This document shows, one piece after another, positions 13,386 to 27,146 of a stretch of 64,000 nt of DNA. Source of the stretch: Felis catus. Its lineage: Eukaryota. Every line of letters begins with the position of its first letter. Within the stretch, counting starts at the first letter, position 1. Location of the stretch: positions 224,628,001 through 224,692,000 of the forward strand of contig NC_058368.1 of NCBI RefSeq assembly GCF_018350175.1, read 5' to 3'. The notes under the pieces were generated by a model. The model saw only the letters and a list, made by a program, of their open reading frames with translations. It was not told where the DNA came from and searched no databases. A program made the translations under genes and the position numbers.

Positions 13386-16300
13386 ACATTTTTATTTCTT
13401 ATCTTGGTTTTTGACAATTTCAGTCATTCTCCTTTTTGAAGACTCTACCTCGTGAAGATGATTTTAATGCTTCTTAAAGACTGCTCTCTTCTCCATCTCT
13501 GACGATTTACGCCACTTGATTTTATATATGATTGGCTTCAAATTTTTAATGCTGTAGGTCCTCAATAGGAAATTATAATAAAAAGTATTTGGGGAAGTAT
13601 AGTTTAAAAGGCTATAAGAGAAAACCGTTTACTCACTGTTGTTAAAATAAAGATTGCCGTGACCGAAGGATACAGTCTGTTCATATGAACGACAGTACAT
13701 TTCTTTGATAGAATCATGTTCTATCAAATTACAGGAAATCATTCCAAAGTACATAGAAGAACAGGTTTTACAAAATGTAAAGTTTGGCAAAAGTTGCTAT
13801 ATCAGATCTTGATACATTAGTGGATATCTTTAATGTTCCTGGCAATGTTTTTTTTTTGTTGTTGTTCTCTAAAAATTGCCTTTATGGCAAAAATAATCAA
13901 CATATAAATATTTGTTGTTGCATTCAAGATGTTGGGAAGTGTCCAAGGACAACTGGATACTTGTACTCATGTAATTCATTTCAGTAAAAATCATATACCA
14001 GTAAAGGGTAATCTCAGACCTTGGGGATAGTTGACTTGACATCACTTTGTATTCCAGTAATGAACTCTGAGAATTAAGCCACCCTAGAGAGGCTTTATCA
14101 ACTCCAACTGACCCTGACTTTGGAAAGCAGCTATTTCCTTTCTAACTCAGTCTCCTCATCACTGAAATGTGGGCCCGTTAGCTAATCATCACTTCTTATC
14201 TAGATCTATCCCCCTTCGTTTATGACTTGCTTTTATGGCTCCATGAAGAGAACACTCAGTTCTGTGAACCACAAGCAAACCCTCACTCAAACTTTGGGAG
14301 TTTTTCTTGAGTGATTGATTAACCTATATAATCAAGGAAAGACTATCTTGTAAAAGCAGCTGTCTTATTTTTGAAAGTTTTAAGTGAAAGTATGTATTTC
14401 TCCTCTAAGAAATATTTGAAAATGTACGTCCTCTTTAATGCATCTTAGTTATATCACGTTAATCAGAATGACCTCTCCTTCTGTTAATTCCTTGTAGTAT
14501 TTAAATGCATGCGCCAGTCGTGTGGAACATAAATGACCCTGCTTTTATTTTTGTCTGTTTAATCCTGATTATATTAGCTCCATAAATCATTGTTTACAGG
14601 CATATTTTATGAGAATGTGAAATCTCCACTCAAACACTGAAATAATGGGGTTCCTTTGAAGCTAATATTGACTCAATGTATAAATCTTATAACCATCTTA
14701 AAGATAATCACATCTCTTAAAGCTTGACATTAAATGTCTCTTTCAAAATCGAATGCTCATTTTCAAAAAAGCTTCTTATGAATTCAACAGGAAACATTTG
14801 CCCGAACGTATTAATTATCCCATTAACTCTTAGTAAAACTTTACGGCAAAAAGCAGTGTAGGAAAATATTATGAGTGAAATTCCTCCAGTTGCAATGGTT
14901 TGCAAAATATTTTTAGCCCCAAGATTTTGGCACTCCGGAGCATATTTTCCCCATTCCCATAAAGAAGAGTGAATAGCAAGTGGACGTTAGCTCCTTAGGG
15001 AGGACTGAAGCCCTACTAGACAAGAGGCTTTTCAGAAATACTATAGACATGATGGGCAGAGTTTGAACAAAGGAAGAGAAGAAAAGCATCTTATACTTTA
15101 GAGGAGAGATGGTTCTCCCACATAGAGCAAGCAAACTGACAGAGGTTCAGGCGAAGGAGCGCTCCACTGGTGGGATCCACATTCAGGACAGCAAGGTTCC
15201 CTAAGCTAACAGTGTTGGGTGGGGGCATGACGAGAGAGCTCTGTTCTTAGGTCCCACGACCTCTTCTACATGTCCTCTCTATTTTCCAGCAGGCAAACGC
15301 TTGAAGATGCGCTTCCGTAACAAAGAATGTAGATAGGGCTTTCTGATTAGCATAAGAGCTGAAGTGTTTGCATTTCGGGAGATTCTTACAGACTTATGAG
15401 ACTATCTGGTGTTTTGCCATGAGCAATTAGTTGCCCTGCACCTCTGAAAAAAGACTCTGGTTTTCTTTCCCTTTCACTAAAGAGGATCACTCATACTTTT
15501 TTTTTTTTTTTATTTTTTCCAAATCTTGTTTCTGACTGAAGGTACATACACAAGAAGAGAAAGTAATTTGGGGCAAAGCTTTAGTTGTTCTCCCCAGGCA
15601 CTAAACGCACACTGACGTGAGCAGCCTCGAGCCCCGCTTCTGGCCTCCCTCGCCTGTGTTCTGAATCACTGGTTGCCTGACTACACTGACTGCATTTTCC
15701 ACGATAAGCCAGCGCCAACCCCACTTCTTCCCTTGCCAGAAGTCACAAGTGAAGACCATAAAACGCTGCAAACCACCGCTTTCATTGCTGTGCCTGTCTT
15801 GTATTCCTGGCTGCTTCCAACAGTCACCGAGCAGGCAACCTTTCTACCACATATCCCTCTCCCTTGTTGTTTTGTCTTAAGGTGACATTTGCACCTGGTT
15901 TGTGTTTTCTGAATGTTTCATGGGACACCGAGGGTAACGATTACTCCTTACCACATAGCAATCATCGTAATGGAAAAGCCTTGTGCGTGTGTACTTTTTT
16001 TTCCACCCTAAATGTTCATTTACTTATATGACTGGAAGAAGCATCTTCCAAAATCTGAGACTTCCTAACAGCCATCGGAATCAAATCCTTCCAAAGCCTT
16101 AAGGCGCACGGGCAAGATTTTTAACTTTAAAGATTTTAACAGATGTACTTCTATTCACATAATATGATATGCATTACAATTTTATTTTATAAGTCCTAAG
16201 TCATTTTTCCCGCTGAGTGAGAGCATGATCAACATGCTCAAGGGATGGATTAAAGGGATCATTTTCAAGTTCAATCCATTTGTCTTCCTTTAATAATATT

Positions 16301-16899
16301 CGTGTTTCTCCCAACAAAGCTCTCCCTTCTTATATTTATAAACTGTCCTATTTTTATAGTCTCTAAGACCCCCAATTAAAGTGCTCTTGAGCACTTAAGA
16401 TTATGTTTTAATGAATTACTGTACACATATTATCTCTTAATTAAAGTCACCTTAACAAGAGAACATTTGCTGAACACACATATTTAAAAAGAAAATAGGA
16501 TTTATTCTTTTTTATTGAAGTTATAGAAGCTTTTGTTCCATATTGAAATTAACATGTTACAATACTTTTCCACTCTTGTTCATTCTGTTCGTGGCCACAG
16601 TGATTTGATTATTTCACACCCCAAACCAGGAATATCAGGGACTCTCAGCAATATTTCAACCTGGATGAGAAGAGTTGTTAAGTGTTTTCTCTTTTCCGGT
16701 AAAAAAAAAAAAAAAATTTCCAAACTTGTGAATCTGGGCTATAGCTGTAACTACTGTTGAATATAGTTTTAAAAACTATATTGAGACAAGGCAATTAGAT
16801 GTTTTTCATCTTTAGAAAAATACACATAGATTTTTTTTACTTCTTTTTTTTCTAAATAAAAAAAATAGTTACTGATCTACAGGTACATTCTATGAAATA

Positions 16900-17460
16900 G
16901 CTACTAGTACTCACGGAAACTACTGAGGTCATTGAAAACCAGGAAAGTCCAAGGGGTGCCTGGGTGGCTCAGTTGGTTAAGCAGCTGACTCTTGATTTTG
17001 GGCTCAGGTCAGGATCTCATGGTCATGATCTGACCATAGTGAATTCAAGCCCTGCATCCGGCTCTGTACTGGGTTAGGAGCCTCCTTAAGATTCTCTCTC
17101 GGCCCCTCCCACACCTCACAAAACAAACAAACAAACAAACAAACAAACAAACAAAAAACAGTAAAGTTTGAGAAACTGTCAGCCAGGTAAAGACTAAGGA
17201 AATACGGTGACTACATTTAATGTGGTTTCACAGACAGGACCCTACAACAGGAAAAGGATGTTAAATAAGAAACTAAGGACATTTAAATAATCTGTGGGGT
17301 TTAGTCACCAATAATGTAGTAATATTGGTTCATTAATTTTGGCAAATGCAACATGCTAATGTACAACGTGAATAACAGGAGCAACTGGGTGTGGGGTATA
17401 CGGGAACTCTGTACTACTTTCTCAATTTTTCTGTAAATCCGAAACCACTCTAAATATTTT
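16900..17460 (+). mobile_element. L1MC/L1MD-type 3' end split by a SINE
   Basis: gagaaactgtca..aatgtagtaatattggttcattaat..aactgggtgtggggtatacgggaactctgtact..tttttctgtaaatc. Confidence 0.8.
16953..17158 (+). mobile_element. Can-SINE with (AAAC)n tail
   Basis: ggggtgcctgggtggctcagttggttaag; internal duplication of ggtca(t/g)gatct. Confidence 0.92.
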
Positions 17461-18479
17461 TTTCACGTTTAGTTTTTTAACAAGACTCGCTGCTAACTTA
17501 TGAACTGTACTATAAAAATGCATTACCATCCAAGAGCCTGGAGGGGACCCCATGCAATATTGATTCTGTCATAGGAAGTTTCTCTCTTGTCCCCCATATT
17601 TGACAATGGACATTACCAGGGCCTGCCTTGTGCTACCTAGCTTTGGCTGCTGCTTAAGTATCAGAACCCATTCATGACCCTATGCCTTATGTGGCTTGCA
17701 GATGAGTAGTTCCCAGGGTCTGCCTTACCCAGTGTAACATAGAATATCTTTGCCATCTAATAGAGGATGTGCTTTGTTTTTCGCAAAAAAACTTCTTACT
17801 GTAATAATAAAGTCGTTCTCTACATGATACAAGTATTGGGGAGTTTGAGTTTCTGGTTACTCACAAGTCCTCAAAATGTACAACGTTTTGAAATCCTAGG
17901 GGGTTGAAAAAAGTGTAGCTCACAATTATTGTACAAATATACCCAAGAATTTAAATGATCTTAACAGATTCTGTTACATAAAAAGAATTAACTCTCGCTA
18001 ACTAACCCTTTACCATAGTATTTAAGTAGTTCTCTATGTGATACATGCTTTCTGCTTATTATTATTATTATTATTATTAATTACTATTCTTGAGGACCTA
18101 CAGTAACCTACACTCTGAAACTACTCTAGTCCACTACTAAAATATAGCTATTCTGCTGTCCTTCTTGAGCACCCATGTGTTTGTGGGGGTCTCTCTACTC
18201 TCTCTGGTCGGAATTGAAATGTTTCCAGTATTTTGGGAGTTCTGGGAACTGCTCAGTTTAAAATTCCTTGGGAATGGTTCTCTGCTTACCTGCTTGCTCC
18301 CACTTGTGCCCTGGTAATCTAACACAGGCTGGACCATTTTATTCCTTTGACTGCTTTCGTTAAAGCCTCCGTGTGGCATCCTTCCACCTGGATAAAGTTT
18401 CGTCTTATATGCCCACAGGGCAGCACGGTGCAGTTTTTTCTTCTTCATTTTTATGTTTTGCTGTACTTTTTCTTACGAG

Positions 18480-18850
18480 TTAATTATATTCTTTTAGGGA
18501 TTATTTACAAGTTTGCATGAACTTCTGTATAAGTTTAAGGACCCTTTTCCTGGTCCGAGAGTCTGAAGGTATTTTTCCATGTTTGTTTTTAATTCTAAAG
18601 GTGTCCAAGTTTTATGTCGTTACATTTTAGCTCGTGATCTATTCGAGTTCCTTTTTGTATAAAGGAGCGCGACTCAGGTCAGTGCTCATTTTGTTGCCTA
18701 TAAATGTTCTATTCCTTTTTGAAAGGTTGTCAACCTTTGATTAATTGCTTGTACCTTATTGAAAAGTTGTTTGTAAATATTGCTGTGGATCTGCTTTTGG
18801 ATTCGTGAGTCTCTGCCATTGGTCCAGGTGTCTAACTCCACCAAGATAAA
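18480..18850 (-). mobile_element. L1M ORF2 fragment
   Basis: ttacattt..gtgatctattcgagttcctttttgtataaagg..ctgtggatctgcttttggattc..ctgccattggtc. Confidence 0.6.
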
Positions 18851-18859
18851 AGTCTCAGC

Positions 18860-19372
18860 GTCCCACTCACTCTTCTTTGGTACTTCTTCAGTGGGGGAAG
18901 GGAGGGCAATGAGCTAGGGAGAGGCCTCTCATCATAGGCCAGCAGGATTGGAGTTCTGGGCACCCCACCCCATCTTTGCTGGCTGGTGTGGGAGCGGGGC
19001 ACAATTTATTTCTGTGGTGATTGGGTCCAATGGGTTTATTACTATCTACAAGTTTTTCATTTCTCTAGGTTGCCTTTCACCGTCCTTTGGCCAGAGAGAG
19101 CGGAATTTTGCTGAGACTCTTTTTTTGTGCGTGCCTGTTGGTGTTTCCAAGTTGCTGGCTTCTTTGGGATGTAGGAGGTAAAAGAAACCCCAGGAAACTC
19201 ACCACTATGTCATTCCTCAGGCCTGAGGTCTTTAGTTAGTCTGTTTTGTTTCTCTGCACTTTCCAGAGTCTTCTTAGGCTTGTTGTATATACAACGCCCA
19301 GAGGTGTTATTTACACACAATGAGGGGAATAGAGAAAAGTATGTCTACGCCATCTTCTCACAAACTGAACTC
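18860..19372 (-). mobile_element. L1MC/L1MD-type 5' end
   Basis: cctttggccagagagagc..cccaggaaactcaccactatgtcattcctcagg..gaggggaatagagaaaagtatgtctacgccatctt. Confidence 0.7.
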
Positions 19373-19666
19373 TTTAATTCTCAGTCTGTTACCTCGGGTG
19401 CCATCAAACACCTTCACAGAGTTGAATTGCTATGTATTTTTAACTTTCTTTTTTTTTTTTTTTTTTGTCCAGCTGTCTGTGTGTTTTAGCATGCGTATAT
19501 TGCAAACAATTCTGTTTGGCACATTACTGAAAACATCACGGTTATGTTTCAGGAAATACCCAGCTAAATTTTCCTCTACTTGCACAATTTCATTCGATCA
19601 GTCATCTGTTTCATTCCTCATCTATCACCCCTGACTAATAGTAGACATTTAGAAAATATGTCTTGT

Positions 19667-19796
19667 GGGTGCCTGGGTGGCTCAGTCGGTTAAGCACCTG
19701 ACTTCAGCTCAGGTCATGATCTCACCTTTTGTGAGTTTGAGTCCCTCATCAGGCTCTGTGCTGACAGCTCAGAGCCTGGAACCTGCTTCAGATTCT

Positions 19797-19839
<43 letters not shown>

Positions 19840-19900
19840 CCCCACTCACGCTCTGTCTCTCTCTGTCTCTCAAAAATAAATAACTGTTAAAAATTGTTTT
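19667..19900 (+). mobile_element. Felid Can-SINE
   Basis: Full length; TSD aaatatgtcttg on both sides. Confidence 0.95.
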
Positions 19901-22001
19901 TAAATATGTCTTGAATAAGCAGTGGAGGAATAAACGCTTCCATCAAAACAGTAACACCTAGCCACGAGGTTGCCTTTTAAAATCAATTATTCATGATATC
20001 CAGTAAATGTTTCTTTTTGCACCTTTCCAAATCATCTGGTATTCAGATAATTGGTGATTAATATTTAAAATTAAGCAAAGGGCTAATCAATATTTAGCCT
20101 ATGGTTCACAGCTTGCACAATGTCAGCATCTCGGAAGCGTTTGGTCCACCTTTCTACTTCTTGTCCCACCCATCTCTCCCCAGTCTCCACATAAACACCT
20201 AATTAGTTCAATCTCAGGACTCTGCTGTTTCAAAAACTTTGTTCTCTATGTTGTCTCCGTGACGGCAGCCAATCTAACTGCCCAGTCTTTAAGACTTTCC
20301 AAACTCTAGCCCCCCATGCATTTCTATGCTTTGTCTCTCATTACTCTCTCTTGCATTAGCCAGCAAGGACTGAGTGGGGTGTCTCATAACTGTCTCCTAC
20401 ATAGGCTAAGGCTAAGTAAACTGTTCCTTAAATCAAATCATGTCAATTATAAGTCCTAGGTCTCACCACATCAGATGAAAAGTACAGCCCCAATTCCTTT
20501 TCTTTCCTCAAAATTACTGTGAGGTCCTAACATTCCAATTTTTTTTTTATAAAATGACGGTCTACTTCTTCAAATCATTTCCTCAAAACATAAGCATTTC
20601 CTTGGAGGCTGTTTCACCAATACTTTGAGACAGTTAACTCAATTTCTTCGGTCCCAGCCTACTAACCTTGCCAAAATGTCCACACTCATGGTGCTGCCGC
20701 AGTTTCCAAGACCTCCATTTTGTGAGACGTAGCTTTTCTCAGCCTTTGACTTCCGGTGCCAACTCTTGCTCCACTAAGGTGTATAACGGAGGGGAAGAAA
20801 TGTGCTTCTCTATCAGTCAATGCCCACAGAAGCCATCCTCCATTTTAAAAGCTGTCCACAGCACAACTGAAGCCAAGTAGTACTTCTGACAATATTCCAC
20901 TAAAATATCATGGGTTAAGGGTAGGGCTTACACCCCAGAGAGATGGCTTACATGTTCCTTCTCTAGCCAACCCTGGACTAAGGTTTCTATGTGGTTACTC
21001 TTTCATCTTAACTTTGCCTGCAGGGTTATTTCCATGTGTAACTTCCTCATCTCCATACCTCAGGTTAGGTCTAGTCTCACTCCTCTTAGAGTGTAACAGA
21101 GGGATAGTTGGAAGGGGGGGGGGATTTTAGCTGTAAAAAAGAAATAAGCTCTTTTTTTATAATTTGTAAGTGGAATAGAACTTGGATGTTTTTATATTTA
21201 ATTACAGAATTAAGATGTATGAAATCAGTAAATTCAGAGGAACATGGCCACATGCCATTCAGTCAGACATTGAAAGAAACGAGCAGGAAGAGAGAAAGTA
21301 GCTGTAGAATTTTGGGGTTTTGTTTATTTGTTTTCTTTTGTTTTTCTGTTTTTTTTTTCTTTTTAAATCCTGCAAACACAAGATTTAAGTGAGCACACAG
21401 TGAGAGGAAAGAGGGTCTGGCAAAGACTAAAATGGCAGTCACCCAACCGAGTTGTCTCAATGACAACAAACGCCACCAAGGTCTCATGTGTGGTGGGGGG
21501 ACATAATATGAAAATAAAACAAATAACTACTTGAAGTAGAGTGAATTTGGATAGCTCCATCTTGATGGAAGATCTAGGTAAGTGTTTGGGAGTTATACAA
21601 ATAGGACACAGGACGAGACCTTATGCAAAAGGTGTGGGTGGCCAGTTCGTGGCTTCTGCAGTTCCGCAGTGAACCACACTCTTGGTCTCTGCCTATCATG
21701 TCTCCTGCTGGTATGGTTATGTCCAGGGCAGGTAATACAAGGGTCATAGTTTGTGTATTACATTCCCTCTCCTCCTGCTCAAGACAGCACAGGGTGAGAC
21801 AAGGGAGACTGGAAGGGATAGACTGATGGAGCAATGGATAATTATTTTGCTATTCTCATGGAGACCACTCCCCTTTACCTATTTCTCATTTCTTACTTTC
21901 AAGTTAAGCTTTCCCAAGAAGACTGAAAATAAAACTGACCAATTCCTTGAAGGATCACAACCCACTTATACCCATAATGGTGATGAAAAACATATTTGGA
22001 G

Positions 22002-22215
22002 GGGCACCTGGGAGGCTCAGTTGGCTAAGCGTCCGACTTCGGCTCAGGTTCTGATCTTGCGGTTCAGGAGTTCGAGCCCTGCCTGGGGCTCTGTGCTGAC
22101 AGCTCAGAGCCTGGAGCCTGCTTCAGATTCTGTATCACCTTCTCTCTCTGCCCCTCCTCTGCTCACACACTCTGTCTCTATCTCTTCATCTCAAAAATAA
22201 ACATTAAAAAAATTT
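22002..22215 (+). mobile_element. Felid Can-SINE
   Basis: ggggcacctgggaggctcag..tgctgacagctcagagcctggagcctgc. Confidence 0.95.
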
Positions 22216-25200
22216 TTAAATATTTTTGACCCTGAGAAATTACCTAAAAATAAAAAATATTCTTATATGTTCTAAAAGACAGCTCTCTGTTTCATCTATA
22301 ATTAACTTGCTATGGTCACAGATTCAGTATCTGCTTTTAATCACTGCTCTGGAATCCTAGAAGGAACAATAAAGTTGAAGTTAGAGACTATAGTTGAAAT
22401 CTGACATCGTTGAAATCATGTTTAACAATGCTAAATTAATATAGACTTTCCTCAATTTAGTCAATTATTTGATTTGCCAAAATTGAATTTGAAATGAGTT
22501 GGAAATGGATATACACGAAACTGTGGATACGCCGAATGATAAAGATTCAATTATTTCTTTTGGCAATCTTCCGGCAAATTAGTCTCAAACGAAAATATCA
22601 GTCTTTCTTCTCAAGGCTTTATAGATTAGCATTTGAAGTTTTTTTCCAAAAAAAAAATGCATTCCATCTGGTATAGTGCTGTCAAATAATGTATTTCCTT
22701 CCACATTAAAGAGATAGCAAGCTACATAATTATGACTGCTATAATTTTTCCACCCAGTTCAGAATGAAGTCAAGCTTTTCTCATGTCAGGCAGACAAATG
22801 TCTTCAGAGATCTTGACACAGTAAAAATTTGGGAAGTTGTACATCTTCTACAATATCAGTTACTAGCTGTAACTTCTATTATGAGATCAACATGTTGTCC
22901 AGTTTGCTAACAATTGGGTGGATAAGTCTAATTCAGAACTAAAGTACTAGCGACCACAATTGCTTATGGATACGGATCCAGAGTCTCTTTCTCCAACCAG
23001 CTTTTATCAAAATAAAGTGGAAATCTTATTTCTATATGCCACTGCTGTTTCATTTCTCAACCAGCCCCACAGGAAGGTAGGAATGATCAGGTCTTTACTA
23101 CCTTCCCTACAAAGGAAATATATATTAATATGTATTTATTTGTTGACATGTTTGACAAAAATGCTGTTTTACTCAAGGAGTTTCCATCCCTACACAGCCT
23201 GCCTCTTATTATTGTTTTGAAATCAATGTAAAATACATAAAATAAATACATAGACATAGATTTTTGTAAAGAATTATAGAACTTATAAAATAGCGGCATT
23301 ATCCATGCGATTATCGCTTGCATGTACACCATGGTCCTGTCTCTGGGCATACCCTCATTGCCATATGAAGTCCTTGGTTGGGATTATATAGAGTCAATAA
23401 GTCATAACCCCCTCATCCCCAAATTCAAAACCTTTGAGAAATAGTATAGAAAGAAGTCAGATAGAGATCCAAATGCCAGCTCTATTAACCCTACACCCAT
23501 CAGTCAATGTAGCTTTGCATCTGCAGAGAAATGGATTCACTAATACTTTACCTTTGGACTACAGGTAGTTTCTTGGTGAAGAGAAGCCAGGGGTGTTTTC
23601 GTAGTAAATGTCCTTTATTTTCCAGGATGCTAGGGAAATGGAGGTTGACCACACAACTTCTAAGTAATTTCCTCTTTTATTCTTGATTCCGGGGCTTTGA
23701 GACTGTTAGTCAGTCATTTGGCCTAATCCCTAATTCTGATCTAGAGTTGGCTTGACTTCTAGTTATCTAATGGCTCCGTCTAATCACCTGACTTACAGAT
23801 TCCAAGCCTCCCTGTGTTGATTCTAATCACTTTGGTCTGTTCTAGTTTTTACTGAGTTTCACTAATTTCTTGACTGCATGGATCCACAGAATCTTCTTTT
23901 TCATGTTGGACTGTGGTTTTCAAAGGTGGTTTCTGGGCCTCTTGGCCCATGGAACTTGATTTTATGATTTACTAAGTGATATTCCTAGTCACCTGCTGAA
24001 GTTTGGCCTACCTCTATGCAACCTGAGTCCTGTCTGTGTGCGTGCGTGTGTGTTTGAATGCATGTGTGTTTGTGTGCATGCTTGTGTGTGTGCTTTTTCT
24101 GATTCTGTTATTTGTTCAAGCCCTTATTTTGCTTTTCTCCGAATGCTCTCTTTTCTTTATTCTACGTTGTCACAGTTTGATGTTTCTTCACAGCCCAGGT
24201 AAGGAGGTGTCAGATAGTAAAGGCTAGTCATACATTTCGAAATTTAGGATCCTATATTTGTATATGTGTTTACCACCTCCACAACCTTCAAAAATGTGTG
24301 ATCTTGAACAGGAGACATGTTTCAAACTTCGGTAACTCTATCTAAAGAAAGTTCTCACAATAAAGTCATAACTATGACATAAACTAGTATAAAAAGTACC
24401 TAGCAAGTCAGCAAATAAAGAAAAATGCTTAAGAGGCCCTCAAACATGTTAGAGTTTTAAATTTCCCATAAATGTATGTTATTTACATTCCTTTCTCTCC
24501 CCTAAAAATAGATTTAGAAAGCCTGGTTTTTATGAATAATAGTGCATTTTACCTACACTATCCCATTTTTGTCATGTGCCATTTCATTCATTCATTCATG
24601 CACTCATTCATTCAAGTAATTTTTGGCTTAGTTACTTCTCATATTGCTTAACATCTTATATATTCATGCCTTATTTTCTCAAATTCTCATTTCCTCCTTC
24701 TTGTGTAAAACTCTTGCAGTTATTTAATGATTGCACATTCTACTGTCCATGAATGTGTGAAATTCAATGGGTGTTATATCTTAAGGGCTCATTTAGATTA
24801 TTTAGTAAATAAATGATGCTGACCAATACATAAAGATGCGGAAAACGGAATTATGTTAAGATATGCTCCCAATTTTTTTAGGATAATTTAGGCAAACTAC
24901 TTTTGTATGTATTTATCAGTCACTGGTGTTACCGCTGAAAGCACAGAGATAGCAGAAGACATTGTAATTCCATACTGATTTCTATCTTTTGAGTATAGCT
25001 TACGTTACATGTGTAAAAATAATTATGATAGTGAATTAAGCAATTTAAAAATGAGAAGTGATTATGTAGTCCGTAAGCAGACTGAAGATAATATCAGATT
25101 AGTGACAAGGGTAAGAGTAGGAGGAACCATACGAATCTTACAAGAAAGATCCCCAGTCCTGGAAATCCTGTTGGAACATCTGAAATGTGATTAACCTATT

Positions 25201-26912
25201 ATATGTAGTCATAAGATTATATACATGAGTATTTTGTGATTTTAAATTTCTGTTTAAATACATTTTCTCACAAGGCATGAAGTAGAAAGTCACTATTAAT
25301 GTAATATGGACAATAAATACTTTCCTTATTCTCTTTGTTTCACATAAATACAATTTCATATACAAATCACCATGGACTCAACATAATTTTGGAACCGAGA
25401 AAGTTATTTTGGTAATCTTTCATGTATCATACAAGTGAAAACTGTATGATGAAAAATGAACAATTTGCACAATGGTAATGATTGCCAACAGTTATGGAGT
25501 CCATGATATCAACTCATTAATTCTCACCATTTGCCATTTTCCCGGGGATCAATGGCTTTGCCACTGACCACCACCACCACCACCAACAACAACAACAAAA
25601 TATTGAGGTGGGGGTGCCTACCATGCCCTTGGGATAAAGAAATTAGAAGATGCAGTTCCTGAATTGAAGTGGCTTACAGTATAGTGGAAAGAAAATAAAT
25701 ACAGCTATGATTGCAATTCAGAGTAATAAATGTTATGATTCGGAACTATCCAGGATGTTCTCTTGGCCCAGAGGATAAGGCAAAAAGTTCCACCTGACCC
25801 TGCTAAAGAGGGTCAAACCCAGCATGCTGGAAACCTGGTAAACTGTCCCTTCACTCGTCCTGAGTTCTAGCAATATTCTCCAAACACCCTTTACATCCAC
25901 TCCCTTTTCTGCAACACTTACATCCATTTCTGATTTTATTGCTGAGCCATTTTTTTTCCCTTCCAAACACACAATAAATAAAAATGGTTTCCTTTTCCTT
26001 CTCCCCTCTCATGTAATCATCACTGACAGGAAGTTTTTAATGCTTAAAGTCAGGACTTAAGAAATCTGGCCTGAGAACCAACATGGATTCATCATGTATT
26101 TCTCTTGAAAGGATTTCACGACAAATTCCAATTAACTTGGAGTTTAGATTCCTGCCTCCAGAACACCAAAAACTGTAATATTTTATCACTGGTAGTTCTT
26201 ATGTCCTCTGCTTAGCCTCTCTTCTGTGACGGAGAGAGGGTGAGGGGAAGCTATTAGTTTTGTCAGTCCCTGAAATACAGGTGAGTCCAAAGGACTTTAG
26301 TTGTCTCTATGTGGGTTTCCACTATTTTGTCCAAAGATGCAAGTGGAAATAGGTTAAAAATTCAGGTTGACAGATAAGCACATTCAACATTAACATTTTG
26401 AAATGACCTAAATAAAATGCCTTTACACTTCTCAATTTTTTTTCACATGTTTTCTCCTAGCTTTTATCAGCTTAGTCGAGATTGAGTAACTGTGAACTTC
26501 AAATGTATAAGCAATGCCAAGCTGTCATTAGTGCTTCAAAACCAGCTGAAGAAGGTATTTTGATGAATGTGTTCCTCTGCTATCTTTGCCCCAAACAAGA
26601 AGCTTTGTGTCCTGTTTTAGAAGAAAATTAAGTTGGTACAGATTTCAAAGCTAACAGCTATCTAAGTGACATTATCTAAATAATGGTAGTATCCAAATAA
26701 CATTAGTATTTCAAAACGGTCAAGTACTTTTAAAAAAACACATTTCCTTTGGTTTTTATATTGTTTTGTTAGTTTATGTGTGTTTTTCCTAATGAGATGC
26801 CTGATGATTACAGAGTTCTAAGGTTGTAAGGGTAAGTTTTTTTGTTTTGTTTTGTTTTTTTAAATCTCTCCAGGGTATCTCCTCAATAAAATAACCATCA
26901 TCCTCCATTTCT

Positions 26913-27146
26913 TTTTTCTTTTTTTTTTTTAAATTTTTTTTTCAACGTTTATTTATTTTTCGGACAGAGAGAGACAGAGCATGAACGGGGGAGGGGCAGA
27001 GAGAGAGGGAGACACAGAATCGGAAACAGGCTCCAGGCTCTGAGCCATCAGCCCAGAGCCCGACACGGGGCTCGAACTCACGGACCGCGAGATCGTGACC
27101 TCAGCTGAAGTCGGACGCTTAACCGACTGTGCCATCCAGGCGCCCC
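26913..27146 (-). mobile_element. Young felid SINEC_Fc
   Basis: Perfect 16-bp TSD atcatcctccatttct at 26897-26912 and 27147-27162. Confidence 0.97.

Noticed and set aside
18290..18387. Minus-strand 98-nt exon-like unit with CAG|gtaagc donor
   Set aside because: Weak acceptor and unrecognised peptide.
21751..22200. 149-aa ORF, and the many ORFs containing AQSVKRPTSAQV..LTAQSLEPASDSVSPSLS
   Set aside because: Translations of Can-SINE sequence, not genes.
24176..24198. Plus-strand 23-nt or 5-nt microexon-like unit ending CAG|gtaagg
   Set aside because: Not frame-preserving and on the opposite strand to the better candidates; could be chance.
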